DNA from: Candidatus Bathyarchaeota archaeon | GTDB taxonomy: Archaea > Thermoproteota > Bathyarchaeia > Bathyarchaeales > Bathycorpusculaceae | Direction of reading: 5' to 3' | DNA length: 64,000 nt | NCBI GenBank assembly: GCA_963782525.1 | Contig: CAWAKC010000006.1 | Coordinates: 64,001 to 128,000 of the forward strand | Part shown: positions 27,876 through 38,447 of the stretch, piece by piece | Position numbering within the stretch: the stretch's first letter is position 1 | Layout: every line of letters begins with the position of its first letter | Position numbers and translations under genes: made by a program | Notes under the pieces: generated by a model | What the model saw: the letters and a program-made list of their open reading frames with translations, nothing else | What the model was told of the DNA's origin: nothing | Database searches by the model: none

Positions 27876-28446
27876 CTTCGTCTTGGTCCTGCGCTATTTT
27901 GTTGAAGCTTAACGGAGAGACTGAGTAATGTACAACCTCGCCGCGGCGATTTGTGACAGCTAGAATTAGTTCTTTCTTTTGGCTGTTGCATTTGGTTAAT
28001 GCGTCTGCAAGGTCGTTTACGGGGAGTGGTTTGCCTTCTTGTGTAATCATGATCAGGTAGGGTGCGGTGTCTTTGCCGTAGGTGCCGCGTTCGTATATGC
28101 GGAAGTCGATGCCGCCGCCGAAGCCTTCACGAACTACGTAGCCCCGGCTGCGTAGGTCGCGGTAAACGAGGTAGTTGACCCAGGCGTTGTCGTTTTGGGT
28201 TTCGTAACAATGTAGTAGGCTTTGAAAATCGATGTTTTTGCCTTTTTCGTCTTTGATCTCAAGCATGCCCTTATCTAAAAGATATAATGATTCGTAAAAG
28301 GTGAGTTTGAAAACTTTATTCTCTAATGTACCGTAGCCGCGTGATGAAAGAGCATCTATGTTGCTTTGTTCGGAAACGATGACGCCCTTCTCAGATAGGA
28401 CACCGCTCGTTCGAAATTCCACTGGAGCCTTTTTGGTATCACTCAT
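27868..28446 (-). CDS. tRNA-splicing endonuclease, probably the structural (beta) subunit
   Basis: YLVYRDLRSRGY and DFRIYERG fold motifs, but catalytic Tyr/His positions replaced. Confidence 0.85.
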   Translation of the reverse strand: MSDTKKAPVEFRTSGVLSEKGVIVSEQSNIDALSSRGYGTLENKVFKLTFYESLYLLDKGMLEIKDEKGKNIDFQSLLHCYETQNDNAWVNYLVYRDLRSRGYVVREGFGGGIDFRIYERGTYGKDTAPYLIMITQEGKPLPVNDLADALTKCNSQKKELILAVTNRRGEVVHYSVSPLSFNKIAQDQDEDE

Positions 28447-28466
28447 TACTTAACCCTTGCTTTTTG

Positions 28467-29495
28467 CTAGACTTTTCCTTTTCTAAATTCGTCAAATTCC
28501 TTGCTATAGATAACTCTATCTTCGGTTATGATGGCTGTGACATATTTGAGTGGTGTAGGGTCAAACGATGGGTTCATAACGTTGACGCCGTTAGGTGCAA
28601 TTTGCACGCTACCTATGTGGGTGACTTCCTCAGGCTTTCTTTCCTCAACTTCGACTTCGGAGGCTTTGCGGCTTAGGTCAAATGTCGATTTTGGTGCGGC
28701 GACGTAGAATGGGATTTTGTGTTCATGTGCTAACACCGCGACGGCGTATGTGCCGATCTTGTTGAAAACGGCGTCTTGGACGATGCGGTCGGCGCCAACA
28801 ATAACCAAGTTGACGAGGCCTTTACTCATTACGTAGCCCGCCATGTTATCCGTAATCAATGTAACGGGTATCCCGTCGCGTTTAAGCTCGTATGTAGTTA
28901 GTCTTGCGCCCTGAAGAAGCGGTCTGGTTTCGTCGGCGATGACCTTGATTTTTTTGCCTTCTTCCCAAGCTGCGCGGACAACACCCAAGGCAGTTCCGTA
29001 TTCGACAGTTGCCAACTCCCCAGCATTGCAATGGGTGAGGATTGTGTCGCCGTCTTTGATGAGGACTGAGCCGTTTTTGCCCATGGCGTGGTTTTGGGCG
29101 GCATCTTCGTCGGCAATTTTCTGAGCCTCCTCAATAACTGTTGCTTTGATTTCTTCAACATCGCCTAAAACGTTCTTGGCTTTATTTAGGACACGGTCTA
29201 CGCCCCAGAACAGGTTCACAGCGGTTGGTCTTTGACGTTTAATTACTGTGCCAGCAGTTTCCAGTTCCGATAACAATTTTTCTTTAGTTTTGGCATGTGA
29301 GTGGTAAGCTGCTAACGCTACGCCGAACCCTGCGGCTGCACCCAAAAGTGGGGCGCCTCTGACGCGGAGGACTTTTATGGCTTCAGCCATCTGGTCGACT
29401 GTTCGAATTTCTATGGTGACTTCTTGGAGGGGCAGTTTGGTTTGGTCGAGTGTGATTACTTTTCCGTTTTGCCACTTGATCATCCGCATATTCAT
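28467..29495 (-). CDS. mtnA: Methylthioribose-1-phosphate isomerase (eIF2B-like family)
   Basis: VRGAP, RPTAVNL, THCNAG, ETRPLLQGARLT, NKIGT. Confidence 0.93.
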   Translation of the reverse strand: MNMRMIKWQNGKVITLDQTKLPLQEVTIEIRTVDQMAEAIKVLRVRGAPLLGAAAGFGVALAAYHSHAKTKEKLLSELETAGTVIKRQRPTAVNLFWGVDRVLNKAKNVLGDVEEIKATVIEEAQKIADEDAAQNHAMGKNGSVLIKDGDTILTHCNAGELATVEYGTALGVVRAAWEEGKKIKVIADETRPLLQGARLTTYELKRDGIPVTLITDNMAGYVMSKGLVNLVIVGADRIVQDAVFNKIGTYAVAVLAHEHKIPFYVAAPKSTFDLSRKASEVEVEERKPEEVTHIGSVQIAPNGVNVMNPSFDPTPLKYVTAIITEDRVIYSKEFDEFRKGKV

Positions 29496-29559
29496 TTACC
29501 TCAAAACATTAATGTAATAACGGATATTTGTGGACGGTTGTGTTAAAGATTTTCTGTCT

Positions 29560-29961
29560 CTAACGATTGAAGCGTTGAACTAAATCAAAGAGGTTTCCAT
29601 ATAAATCCTCAAAAACCACTTCAACGCCCCACTCCCGCATCTCGGGCTTACCATAAAACTTTACGCCTTTTGCCTTCATCACTTTGTGATCTCTTCGGCA
29701 ATCATCAGTTTCTAGCGTAAGAAAAACATGATCTCCCGCTTGCTTTCCCAAAGCCTTGCGCTTATCATCACTGTCAGCCACCACAAACGTTAACTCAGGA
29801 TCACTTTGACCTTTCAGTGAAACCGTAACCCACCGCATGTTTCCCCATAAAATGGTGTCTTGCCGTTTTTGGAATCCGAGTTTTTCAATATAGAATTTTA
29901 GGGCTTCGTCTTGGTCTTTGACGAGGAGGGTTATATGGCCGATTTTGTTCAATGTTCTCAC
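29560..29961 (-). CDS. VOC/glyoxalase family protein
   Basis: HITLLVKDQDEALKFY, FEDLYGN. Confidence 0.9.
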   Translation of the reverse strand: MRTLNKIGHITLLVKDQDEALKFYIEKLGFQKRQDTILWGNMRWVTVSLKGQSDPELTFVVADSDDKRKALGKQAGDHVFLTLETDDCRRDHKVMKAKGVKFYGKPEMREWGVEVVFEDLYGNLFDLVQRFNR

Positions 29962-30003
29962 TCAATTGGTTAACTAAATGGAAAAGGTTGCTTAAGTTTT
30001 CGC

Positions 30004-30756
30004 TTAAGCGGATGTGTCAAAGGGGGATTTTAGGTGAGTGACAACTTCGACTGGGCTATCTTCGCCTGATTTTAGTCGTTTCTTCCATTCCTCGCCAACA
30101 GCGATAAGTGAAAAGATGCCTGAAACCTCAGCCTTCGACTTCTTCACAAGGTTCACAAGCGCCTCTTGGGTTTCGCCGCTCTTAATCATGTCGTCAACAA
30201 CGAGCACGGAGTCACGTTTTTTGATTGATTCTTTGGGGATATAGAGTGTAACGGTGACTCCTGAGTCTCTACCGAGAATGTAGGTTTCTTCGAGGAAGGC
30301 TTTGACGCCCACTTCTTTGTTGCGTTTGGCAACTATGAGGTTTACGCCCAAGGAGTTGGCGACCATGGTGGCGAGCGGGATGCCGTCGACGGCTGCTGTT
30401 AGGATTTTTGTTACCCGTTTGCCCGCGAAGTTGGCGAGGGCGTGGTTTGCGGCTTGTTGGAGAATGTTGTAGTCGCCGACGATTTCGGTGTTGTCAAAGT
30501 AGCCGATGTCGTCGAATTTTATTCTGCTGCGCAGTTCCGCTTCTAAACCGACGAGTTTGGTTAACACGCGCCAGAGCTGTTTGGCTCTTGTCGTGTTTGG
30601 AAGCACGTGGCCTTTTGCGTAGCGGCTAAGAACAGTGACGGGTAAGCCTGTTTTTGAGGCTAATTCCCGGTAAGTAATGTTTCGCTTGTACTTTGCAGTT
30701 CGTAACAGTTCGATTGTCATTAAGCGAAGTTTCAAATCTTCTGCGTGAGTGCTCAT
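30004..30756 (-). CDS. PurR-like regulator (HTH + phosphoribosyltransferase)
   Basis: TYRELASKTGLPVTVLSRY HTH; VLVVDDMIKSGET PRPP loop. Confidence 0.85.
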   Translation of the reverse strand: MSTHAEDLKLRLMTIELLRTAKYKRNITYRELASKTGLPVTVLSRYAKGHVLPNTTRAKQLWRVLTKLVGLEAELRSRIKFDDIGYFDNTEIVGDYNILQQAANHALANFAGKRVTKILTAAVDGIPLATMVANSLGVNLIVAKRNKEVGVKAFLEETYILGRDSGVTVTLYIPKESIKKRDSVLVVDDMIKSGETQEALVNLVKKSKAEVSGIFSLIAVGEEWKKRLKSGEDSPVEVVTHLKSPFDTSA

Positions 30757-30942
30757 TTTCCCTTAACCCCAATTTTACATTTATAAGTTAATTATTATAT
30801 GGTATTTAGTATTGTATCTTGCCAATTTATAACTTTCCGTTAAAATTAAATTGAAACCACCAAGAATTTCTCAGCCTTCAACGCTTTATCATTAACCTTT
30901 TTAGATGCAACCTTAACTGCTATACTTAAAGGGGGGACTTGG

Positions 30943-31491
30943 ATGCAGAAGATTCAGCGATTATTCATAGTTGCGCTCTTCGGAGCCGTAATCTTCGTTA
31001 CCAATGTGTTCCTGCCGCCCCCATTAAACTACCTTATCATTGTCGTCCAAGCTGTACTGCTGGCTTTAAGTGCTCTGTTCATCCCAAAAGGCGGCGCAAT
31101 GTACGTTGGCGCAGTCGGTGGACTCTTAACCGCTTTGGTCAGCCCAGCCCTTGGACCGTTCACGTTCTTCTTCGCTTTCCTCTTTGGTGTATTCGTCGAT
31201 GTTTTCCTATTTGTCTTCAAAATTAAGGGTTCTCCTCAAGGAGTAAACCGCAACAGGTTAATTGCAGCTATGGCTGTGGCCACACTGTTGATTGCGGTTT
31301 CAAGCTATTCTGCTTTCGCTATTTTTCCGGAGTACATTAATTCGCAGGGTTTCTCGATTGTTAGTTTGTTTGTGCAGAGAAGCACAATGCTCGACATGCT
31401 CGTGTTGTTTATGGGTCCAGCGACGGGTGCCGTGGCGGGTTACGCAACTGCGTACCTTTGGAATAAGTACCTACGGCACATTAACGTCTAG
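30943..31491 (+). CDS. Membrane protein, ECF S-component-like
   Basis: About 5-6 TM helices, ALFGAV motif; divergent from the PurR-like gene. Confidence 0.55.
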   Translation: MQKIQRLFIVALFGAVIFVTNVFLPPPLNYLIIVVQAVLLALSALFIPKGGAMYVGAVGGLLTALVSPALGPFTFFFAFLFGVFVDVFLFVFKIKGSPQGVNRNRLIAAMAVATLLIAVSSYSAFAIFPEYINSQGFSIVSLFVQRSTMLDMLVLFMGPATGAVAGYATAYLWNKYLRHINV

Positions 31492-31757
31492 AGCTGCATT
31501 TCCTTAATTTTTTGGTCAACGAGTTTGGCGACCATCAAATTGGAAACGTAAACACATTTGACCCCAAGCAACTCTGCAAGCTCTGCAGGCTTCCGATATT
31601 GCGTAACCAAAATCAAGCCATGCTTACCCGCGTACTCGACGATGTCGCGGTCCTTAGCAATCTTTAAACCTGCTTCTTCAGAAGTTACAGCTTCATAGCC
31701 TAAAGTTTCAAAGTATTCTTTTAAGCCAGCGTACATTTCATCCAGGAGTATCTTCAT
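31488..31757 (-). CDS. Mut7-C/DUF5615 PIN-like protein
   Basis: MKILLDEM, DRDIVEYA, LVT motifs. Confidence 0.8.
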   Translation of the reverse strand: MKILLDEMYAGLKEYFETLGYEAVTSEEAGLKIAKDRDIVEYAGKHGLILVTQYRKPAELAELLGVKCVYVSNLMVAKLVDQKIKEMQL

Positions 31758-31800
31758 GCTTGCTGTGTTGGAAATATAGATTATTTTAGCTTTTCCCTAC

Positions 31801-32436
31801 TCAGTCTATGAGCAGTATCGCGAAGGATTCTGGGTTCTTGGCAAACGGAAAAATAACTGAGATTCCAGCGTTAGCAGCGGTTTTTTTTACGTTCACGCCG
31901 ACTGCATCTTCTGACCACCTTGCCAAGTTGGGGTTGCGGCAAATGCGTGTTTCGGTGTTGCATTTTTCGCAGAGTTGGCAATGCCCAGAAATGAACGAAA
32001 TAGCTAAGCTGTAGCCTTTGTTCATTGCTGCTTTTTCCAGACCCACGACGCTTTCCAGCATTTTGCGTTTGTCGTCTTTCCAATCTTGCCAGAATTTGGT
32101 GGCTTTTTCCTTAATTTCTTTGGAGACGGTGGTGTCGGTTTCTGCGATCATTAGTTTGGCTAAAACTTCGGGTGAGGCTTCTGCGGTTGATTTGTATTTC
32201 ATGAACATGGCGTAGCTGTATTCGTTGACGATTTTTCGGAATTCCTCAGCTGAGGGTGTGTAGGGTGGGCAGGCGAGGGTTTTGCCGTAGTGGTTGCAGC
32301 CGACTTTGCATTTGAGGACCACGCGGTTTTCGACGACGACTTTGCTGGTTGGGATTATTTTTGCGTCGGTTGCTCCGTTTTCGAGGGCTAATTTGACGAG
32401 GAACTGGAATTTTTCAGCGCCATTTTCACTTGACAT
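31801..32436 (-). CDS. DUF2284 metal-binding protein
   Basis: KCKVGCNHYG, CPP, GHCQLCEKC, SEDAVGVNV. Confidence 0.8.
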   Translation of the reverse strand: MSSENGAEKFQFLVKLALENGATDAKIIPTSKVVVENRVVLKCKVGCNHYGKTLACPPYTPSAEEFRKIVNEYSYAMFMKYKSTAEASPEVLAKLMIAETDTTVSKEIKEKATKFWQDWKDDKRKMLESVVGLEKAAMNKGYSLAISFISGHCQLCEKCNTETRICRNPNLARWSEDAVGVNVKKTAANAGISVIFPFAKNPESFAILLID

Positions 32437-32604
32437 AATTAATTGACCTTCTTGGATTGATGTTTCTTTTGATATAAATGTTCTTTTATTGAAGACCAGT
32501 TTTGTGTGCTTCTATTGATTGCAAGCGACATAGCATCTGATTGGGTAGTTGGCGGTTTTGTTGTCTTGCAAGCGCAAGAATAATATAGCTAATCCTTAAA
32601 TGTT

Positions 32605-33783
32605 GTGAGCACTGAAGGTGCGGTTGGTATCAAAAGCAAAATCAGTACCATAGGCTATGTTAACAGAATCCAAGAAAATATAATGAGTATCAAAAAAAGA
32701 GAACTTGCACCCTTGTATGAAGCGCTCAACAATGCTGACTGCGTCATCTGCGGTGGGTCAGGGCGCTCATTATATTCACTTAATGCGGCTATGAGCCAGA
32801 TTGCCCTCAGCCAAGTGGGCTGGCGAAACAAAGTCGTTTTAACACCCGACGACCCCGGGTTTCCAGGCAAAAGCATGTACGATGCCGCACCAGATCTGGA
32901 ACGCCGCTACAAAAAAACTCTGCTTCTAATGAACTCGGGTAGCGGCTACAGCGACGACCCACTCGTTATGGCGCAGGACTTAGCTAAATATATTGAAGAA
33001 AAGAAAACCTCGCATTTCTCCATGGGCCTCTTCACCTCAGCCCTAAATTCTCCTTTAGCAGAAATCACCAATAAATATGGACATAGCGTCGAAATTAAAG
33101 GACGCGGCAAATCCAAACCCGGCGCCGAATATGCTGAAACAGGCATGATGGGCGACATATTCGAACTCGGTACCCTCGAACTTCTCAACAGCATGATAGA
33201 AGCCATATTCCGCAACCTCCCAGTCAACGATGTCTTCCGATTATGCGAAGAAGAGTTCGAGAAAGTCGGCGACATGATAGATGCCAACGTTAACAGCGAA
33301 ACCTACACCCAACTAGTTGACTTACTCGAAAAACGGACCAACCTGTTTTTGGGTGGAAAAGGTACGGCGAACGAAATCGCAAAGATGACTGGAGTGAGAT
33401 TATTCCACATTAAGAGTTTCCTTGGCGACAACGTCTACATTACAAGAGGCGTAAATACACCGCACCCAAGAGCTGGCGACCTGGAAATTCTGCTTTCATT
33501 CTCAGGTGAAACCCGCCCCGTTATCATTTGGGCGGATGTGCTCAAGAAATTCGGCGGTACAGTATTTGCTATAACAGGTAGCAAAGAGTCGACACTTGCG
33601 AAGAAAGCAGACCTCAAAATCATTTTGCCCGAAGAAGTCAAGCCATCAACACCAAGACGCTTCTACACCAGAGCAGCTTACGTGCTAAGCCCATTACCTG
33701 TGAAGCTTGCAGAACGTCTCGGCGAAAGAGGACTTAACCTACCTGAATACATCATCAGTTGGTACCACTCAGTAACACAATGA
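32605..33783 (+). CDS. Tandem SIS-domain sugar isomerase (hexulose-6-P isomerase-like)
   Basis: GSGRS, SGSG, LSFSGET, AITG motifs in two repeats. Confidence 0.8.
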   Translation: MSTEGAVGIKSKISTIGYVNRIQENIMSIKKRELAPLYEALNNADCVICGGSGRSLYSLNAAMSQIALSQVGWRNKVVLTPDDPGFPGKSMYDAAPDLERRYKKTLLLMNSGSGYSDDPLVMAQDLAKYIEEKKTSHFSMGLFTSALNSPLAEITNKYGHSVEIKGRGKSKPGAEYAETGMMGDIFELGTLELLNSMIEAIFRNLPVNDVFRLCEEEFEKVGDMIDANVNSETYTQLVDLLEKRTNLFLGGKGTANEIAKMTGVRLFHIKSFLGDNVYITRGVNTPHPRAGDLEILLSFSGETRPVIIWADVLKKFGGTVFAITGSKESTLAKKADLKIILPEEVKPSTPRRFYTRAAYVLSPLPVKLAERLGERGLNLPEYIISWYHSVTQ

Positions 33784-33798
33784 GAAAAACCAATTTCT

Positions 33799-35223
33799 TT
33801 AATGGTTTTTTAGCCAGAGGGGCTTGCCAATGAGAAATTCAGTTAAAAACTCGGCAAATTCCCCATTTTCCTCATAAACTTGAAGAATCTCGTCGTTGAC
33901 GAGAACTTTTAGGTTTTTCTGCATGGCTTTTGCGATTAAATCGGTGACACCGGCGTTTTTGCCGCCATCCGCCAACTTTTCCTTCAATAGTACTTTGGCA
34001 TTAGTGGTTTTACGAGGTAACTCTACTATCCAACGTCCATCTTCGATGTATGGACCAGAAATTACCAAGCCGCTGTCACCATATTTGGCAAGGTATTTCT
34101 CACATTCAGTTTCCCGTTCGAGCGGTGGACCCAAGTGCTTCTTGATATTGGGCAATACCTGCTGTTCCAGCTCAAATATGAAAACGCTCTGTGATTTCTC
34201 GTTGCTCCAAACTGCATCTTTGAGAACTTTAAAATCGTTTGTTTCAAGCAGTGTCCTTAGCGAACGCTTTGTGCGATAGATTTGTCCCCAAAGAACATCT
34301 GGAACCGCGTTCAACTCACCGATAGCCAAAAACACTACGGCTGATCCGCTTTCCCCCAGTTGATGCCTCAACGCCCCTGCCGATAAAGTCGCTGGTTTTG
34401 GTGGATAAAAGAAATCTTCTGCAGGCTTCTTGAGAAAGGCTCTTGTTGCGCCGATGAATGTGTAGAGTTTCTGGTGTTGTACGGCTGATGCGACGTTTCT
34501 TCCTTTGTCTACTGGGTCAACAATTACCAAGGGTTCAGGAAAGAGTAGTGTAAGCTCGTTTGCTCTATTCGCGTAGAAGCCTTCAATGTCGATTAAAACT
34601 CGTCGATTATAATTTGCAAAAGCCTGCAGAGTTTTTGCGAATGAACCGTACTTTAGTATGAGCAGTTCGCAGAGGTAACCGCTGAAACCGCCAACCCTGA
34701 TCTCGGCACCGTAAACATCAACTCCCTGCATGAATTTTTTGAGAAGCCGCACCTCACCGCGCATCTCATTCGAAAAGTGTCCTCTAATGTACTCTGTGTG
34801 GTAGGGTGTTCGGTCAGTGGCGCTTTGCCATTCGCCGGGCTTAGCATCATAACAGGGAACAATGTCGACGCGGTAACCGTCAACAAAGCTTTGGAGATAA
34901 GGATGCTCAGCGAAACGTTCCAACTGCTTAGCCTTGCCAGCAGCCTTTTTTGCAATTTTCAGCCCGATGTCGCCGAGGTTTTTGCGAGGAATCGAAGTAG
35001 GCAACCGCATAAAAATATCGATATCCGGGTTTTCGCTCAACCAAGTGTCTTTGGCAACTGAGCCTTCAACTCGCACAATTGCAGGGACGCCTTCTTGTTG
35101 GCAAGCCGCTGTGATTTTTTGTTCGAGTTCGCGGCTTAATGCCTCAATTTTAGCATATTCCTCTTTTTTCGGCGTGATTTTCTCAAGAATCCGCTCGGAA
35201 AGCTGTTGTACTTCTTTTTCCAT
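33799..35223 (-). CDS. cca: Archaeal class I CCA-adding enzyme
   Basis: GSVAKDTWL, DIDIF, AEHPY, DRTPYH, GGFSGYLCELL. Confidence 0.96.
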   Translation of the reverse strand: MEKEVQQLSERILEKITPKKEEYAKIEALSRELEQKITAACQQEGVPAIVRVEGSVAKDTWLSENPDIDIFMRLPTSIPRKNLGDIGLKIAKKAAGKAKQLERFAEHPYLQSFVDGYRVDIVPCYDAKPGEWQSATDRTPYHTEYIRGHFSNEMRGEVRLLKKFMQGVDVYGAEIRVGGFSGYLCELLILKYGSFAKTLQAFANYNRRVLIDIEGFYANRANELTLLFPEPLVIVDPVDKGRNVASAVQHQKLYTFIGATRAFLKKPAEDFFYPPKPATLSAGALRHQLGESGSAVVFLAIGELNAVPDVLWGQIYRTKRSLRTLLETNDFKVLKDAVWSNEKSQSVFIFELEQQVLPNIKKHLGPPLERETECEKYLAKYGDSGLVISGPYIEDGRWIVELPRKTTNAKVLLKEKLADGGKNAGVTDLIAKAMQKNLKVLVNDEILQVYEENGEFAEFLTEFLIGKPLWLKNH

Positions 35224-35233
35224 GGTTTATCAT

Positions 35234-35806
35234 TTAGGGGCAATATTCCTTGAGGGTTGAGTAAGTTGGTCCCTTTGGTGAGAGCTGGCTTTTTTTGAGT
35301 CGTAGACAGTCTGCTCTGATGTTGCCAAAATCGTAATTTGCTTGTTTAGTGACGAGGTCAACTAAACGTTGTTTGTTTGCACCCGACCGTACACGGGCAA
35401 TGGTTAAGTGGGGGCTGAACCCGTTGGGGTCTGGCGCAAAACCTAATTCGTGGATTTGTGGCTCCAACTGCTCAAAGATGCTTTTTAGTTGTTCAGCCCC
35501 GTCGGTTATTCCTGCCCAAACTACCCGTGGATAGTTAAGTGTTGGAAAAACCCCTAACCCAGAGAGTTGGATGTTGAATGGGCTGAACTTTACGTTTTTC
35601 ATAACTGCATAAACTTTTTCTACCATTTCTGGGCTAATTCCGCCAAGAAACCTAAGTGTAATGTGAATGTTTTTTGGTTCAACAAGTTTTAGGTCGGCGT
35701 TAGTTTGGATCAACATTTTTTGTGCTGCAGCAAGCCTGTTTAAAACGTTGTCGTTTTTCATGTCGAAGGCGATGAAGCTTCTAATTTGTGGTTCTGGTTC
35801 GGTCAT
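35234..35806 (-). CDS. thpR: RNA 2',3'-cyclic phosphodiesterase / 2'-5' RNA ligase
   Basis: Two HxT motifs (HITLRFLG, PHLTIAR). Confidence 0.93.
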   Translation of the reverse strand: MTEPEPQIRSFIAFDMKNDNVLNRLAAAQKMLIQTNADLKLVEPKNIHITLRFLGGISPEMVEKVYAVMKNVKFSPFNIQLSGLGVFPTLNYPRVVWAGITDGAEQLKSIFEQLEPQIHELGFAPDPNGFSPHLTIARVRSGANKQRLVDLVTKQANYDFGNIRADCLRLKKSQLSPKGPTYSTLKEYCP

Positions 35807-36302
35807 TTTGTATCTTCACTATTTTTAACACATATCCCTCATAAATGCTTATTTGCAAGTTTCGGGTGTCGTCTTCCGTGCTCGATCTTTCTTTTTTTGT
35901 TTTGTGTGGGTGTGGTGGGCTAAAAATGCCACACTACACTTGTGGCTTTGGTTTTGTTTGCTTTTTTGGTTTGGGTTGTTTCTCTTTTGTGTTTGTGTGT
36001 GGGAAGATGTGTTGGTTCACACTGCTATCATGGGTGCTATGTTGGGCTGTGTGGGTGTAGTGTGGGAGTATGTTGAATATTTTTTGTGGAACCACACGTT
36101 CTGGGACATGTCTGCTGTCGTATGCACAGTCGGTGTTAAAGTTTTTGCCCTACTGTGTTTGAGAAATAATTAGAAATATGTTAAAAGGGACGGAGGCTGT
36201 GCAATCTAAAACTTTCAATTTGGGATTAAGATAAAGAGAAGAAGAAGTGGTGGTGGGTCTGTCTTCTTCTTCCAACAACCCGATGCGCTGCCAACCATAC
36301 TG

Positions 36303-36638
36303 TTAATGAATGGGGGCTAAGAAATTTTGGACCTCAATCATAGGCTCAAAATGTCCAGGAGATTGGGCGCTCGCAGATTCTAATCTTTGCATTCTCTGAA
36401 TTGGTTCAGCAACTACCATCAATGTCAGTGAGCTTGTTACACCTTCCACATTTCTTATTCCTAATCTTGTTATGTTCTTCAGCTCTTCAATTGAAGAAGC
36501 TTTGGTTTTAACTATTAAATCGTAAACTCCGCCGTATAGCTCATGGGCCTCTTCGACACCTTCAACAATTTTTATGCCTTTTAGCACTTGTTCTTGGGAT
36601 TGTGGTTCTGTGTTTACCAATATTATTGCAGAAATCAT
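36303..36638 (-). CDS. Stand-alone Lrp/AsnC ligand-binding (RAM) domain protein
   Basis: AIILVN, YGGVYDLIVK, VEGVTSSLTL. Confidence 0.8.
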   Translation of the reverse strand: MISAIILVNTEPQSQEQVLKGIKIVEGVEEAHELYGGVYDLIVKTKASSIEELKNITRLGIRNVEGVTSSLTLMVVAEPIQRMQRLESASAQSPGHFEPMIEVQNFLAPIH

Positions 36639-37107
36639 GCCTGTTCCTCTGACGAGATTCTTCTCATCACAACTATTAAGAATGTGTTGTTACAAACTTG
36701 AGACAACAACCGACCAAGCCCAAAAACTATTACTAACCTTCTCTGCTGAATTATGAAAAGAAGTTTTATTTCAAAGTGCGGGTGCGTAAGGCTGTTTGGC
36801 ATCTATTACTACGCACAAGATTTTAATGCTGATTGAAGCAATCAATTGTTTTGTTAATGTGACTAATAAGAGAAAAAAGCTGCCCTCTCCTCAAAAATCA
36901 TTAAACTCTTTGGCAAAAGAAACTATTTTTGTTAGCTACACCTTCTATAGGCATCCGGGCGATTTGGCTTCAAACAAGCGTTCGGTAAACAAAGAAAGGA
37001 CGCTGAAAACATCTCAAAAATACTTCAAGAAATAGCGGAAAAACAACAATCCAAACAAGAAAACCAAAAAAGGTTCGTTAAAAAAGATTAAGAAGGGAAA
37101 ACTAAAC

Positions 37108-37368
37108 GTGAGCACCGATGACAAATCTTCGAAGAGTTATTTTGCAAAAACTAATATCAAGGCAACACTCAGACTAAAATGCAGTTGCGGAAAATGGAAT
37201 AATATTCATACTCAAAAAGTTAAGATTCATTTGGATAATGATGAGCCAAAGATGGAGGTCGTTTTGCCTGCGTATTTGCCGCTAAAAACTCAAGTTTGCG
37301 CTAAATGCAAAAGCGTGATAGCGGAACCTAGGGAATTAATTAGAGTAACGAAAGACTCCAAAATCTAA
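37108..37368 (+). CDS. Small Zn-ribbon protein
   Basis: KCSCGKWN...CAKCK. Confidence 0.6.
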   Translation: MSTDDKSSKSYFAKTNIKATLRLKCSCGKWNNIHTQKVKIHLDNDEPKMEVVLPAYLPLKTQVCAKCKSVIAEPRELIRVTKDSKI

Positions 37369-37788
37369 CGTGCCCTCCAAAGTGATTCGTAAGAATTCAA
37401 TAGTTACATAAATTGAAGATAGTTAACCTTCTACTTTTTTTAGGGCATCCTGTTTCCTTAAATCGCTGTCTCTCTAAATGGAAAAGTTGTTCCTAACACC
37501 GATTTTAGAGGGTATTATTTTTTTACGTTTTAAACGTTTGCTTAAAAGCTAAAATAGAAATAAAACAGACATCCTTTCAAGAATTTCGCAACTTAGAGTT
37601 GGTGTAATGTTTGTAACCCGCCTTTGGGCTTAGCAATTTCTTAGATATTTCCTTGCTCATTTTGAATCCTGAGTTCTTATTGTTGTGTTCTAGTTATAAG
37701 CTTTTATACGCTGTTTTTGGGTGACGCTTCAAGAATCTCCCGCACACCCCCTCTTTTCTTTGAGCATATGTGGCAAAGGTGAAAACGA

Positions 37789-37986
37789 ATGGAACACAAA
37801 ATCATGAATTGCCCTCACTGTGGCAAAATTATCCCTAAATAAATTTTCAACCCCAAGACAGAACATCAGAAGGTAACCTTCCCTGAGTGTGTTAGCCAGA
37901 AAAACTGCAAAGATGGAATGAGGCATATTCGCCCTGGAAAGATTCAGCGTTACCTCTGTTGGGAATGCGGCTACAGGTTTTCATAG
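37789..37986 (+). pseudogene. Decayed InsA/IS1-like Zn-ribbon gene
   Basis: MEHKIMNCPHCG...K*...FPECVSQKNCKDG...IQRYLCWECGYRFS; TAA 37840-37842; SD AAGGTGA. Confidence 0.6.
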
Positions 37987-38447
37987 TCGGGAAGGGGAAG
38001 GATTTGATCCTGCGCTCTAAAAGGTATTTCACCCGAAAAATCCTCTTTTTTCTTCAAACTTGATTTCTGATTAGAGACGGTAACCCATGCCCACACTGGC
38101 TACCTCTGAGAGGTGAATGGCGATTGTCATTTGAGTTGCATAGTGCTTCTTCATGGCCATTAATCTGAAGAAATCCATCTCCAATTGTTAGTGTATGGAA
38201 ACTAAGAAGTGTGTGACCCCAAATGAAGGCAGCGAAACCCCAACTGATAGGAGACATGAATACGCCAGGTGCCAATAACTTGCGTTACCTCCGTAGCTAT
38301 AAAGAGAATTCTATTTGAAAGTAAGGTATGTACTTTTGCTCTGGAAAACCTGCGCTAATTCATCTGTGGCTTCGATATGTCAGATGGAATTGTACTAAGA
38401 CATTTGGGCAAATCTTAAATTTCTAATGCTGCAACTTATTGAAGTAA

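Noticed and set aside
32519-32571. TTGCAAG...CTTGCAA hairpin between the DUF2284 and SIS genes
   Set aside because: Inner pairing relies mostly on G-U in a GT-rich stretch, so it cannot be separated from chance.
35845-36173. Phe/Cys/Val/Trp-rich ORFs
   Set aside because: Artefacts of the G/T-rich tract.
14849-37035. In-frame TAG codons (14849, 37033) as pyrrolysine or recoded stops
   Set aside because: Core genes such as purA and mtnA end normally at TAG, no pyl genes are in the window, and neighbouring broken genes use TAA/TGA, so decay is simpler.
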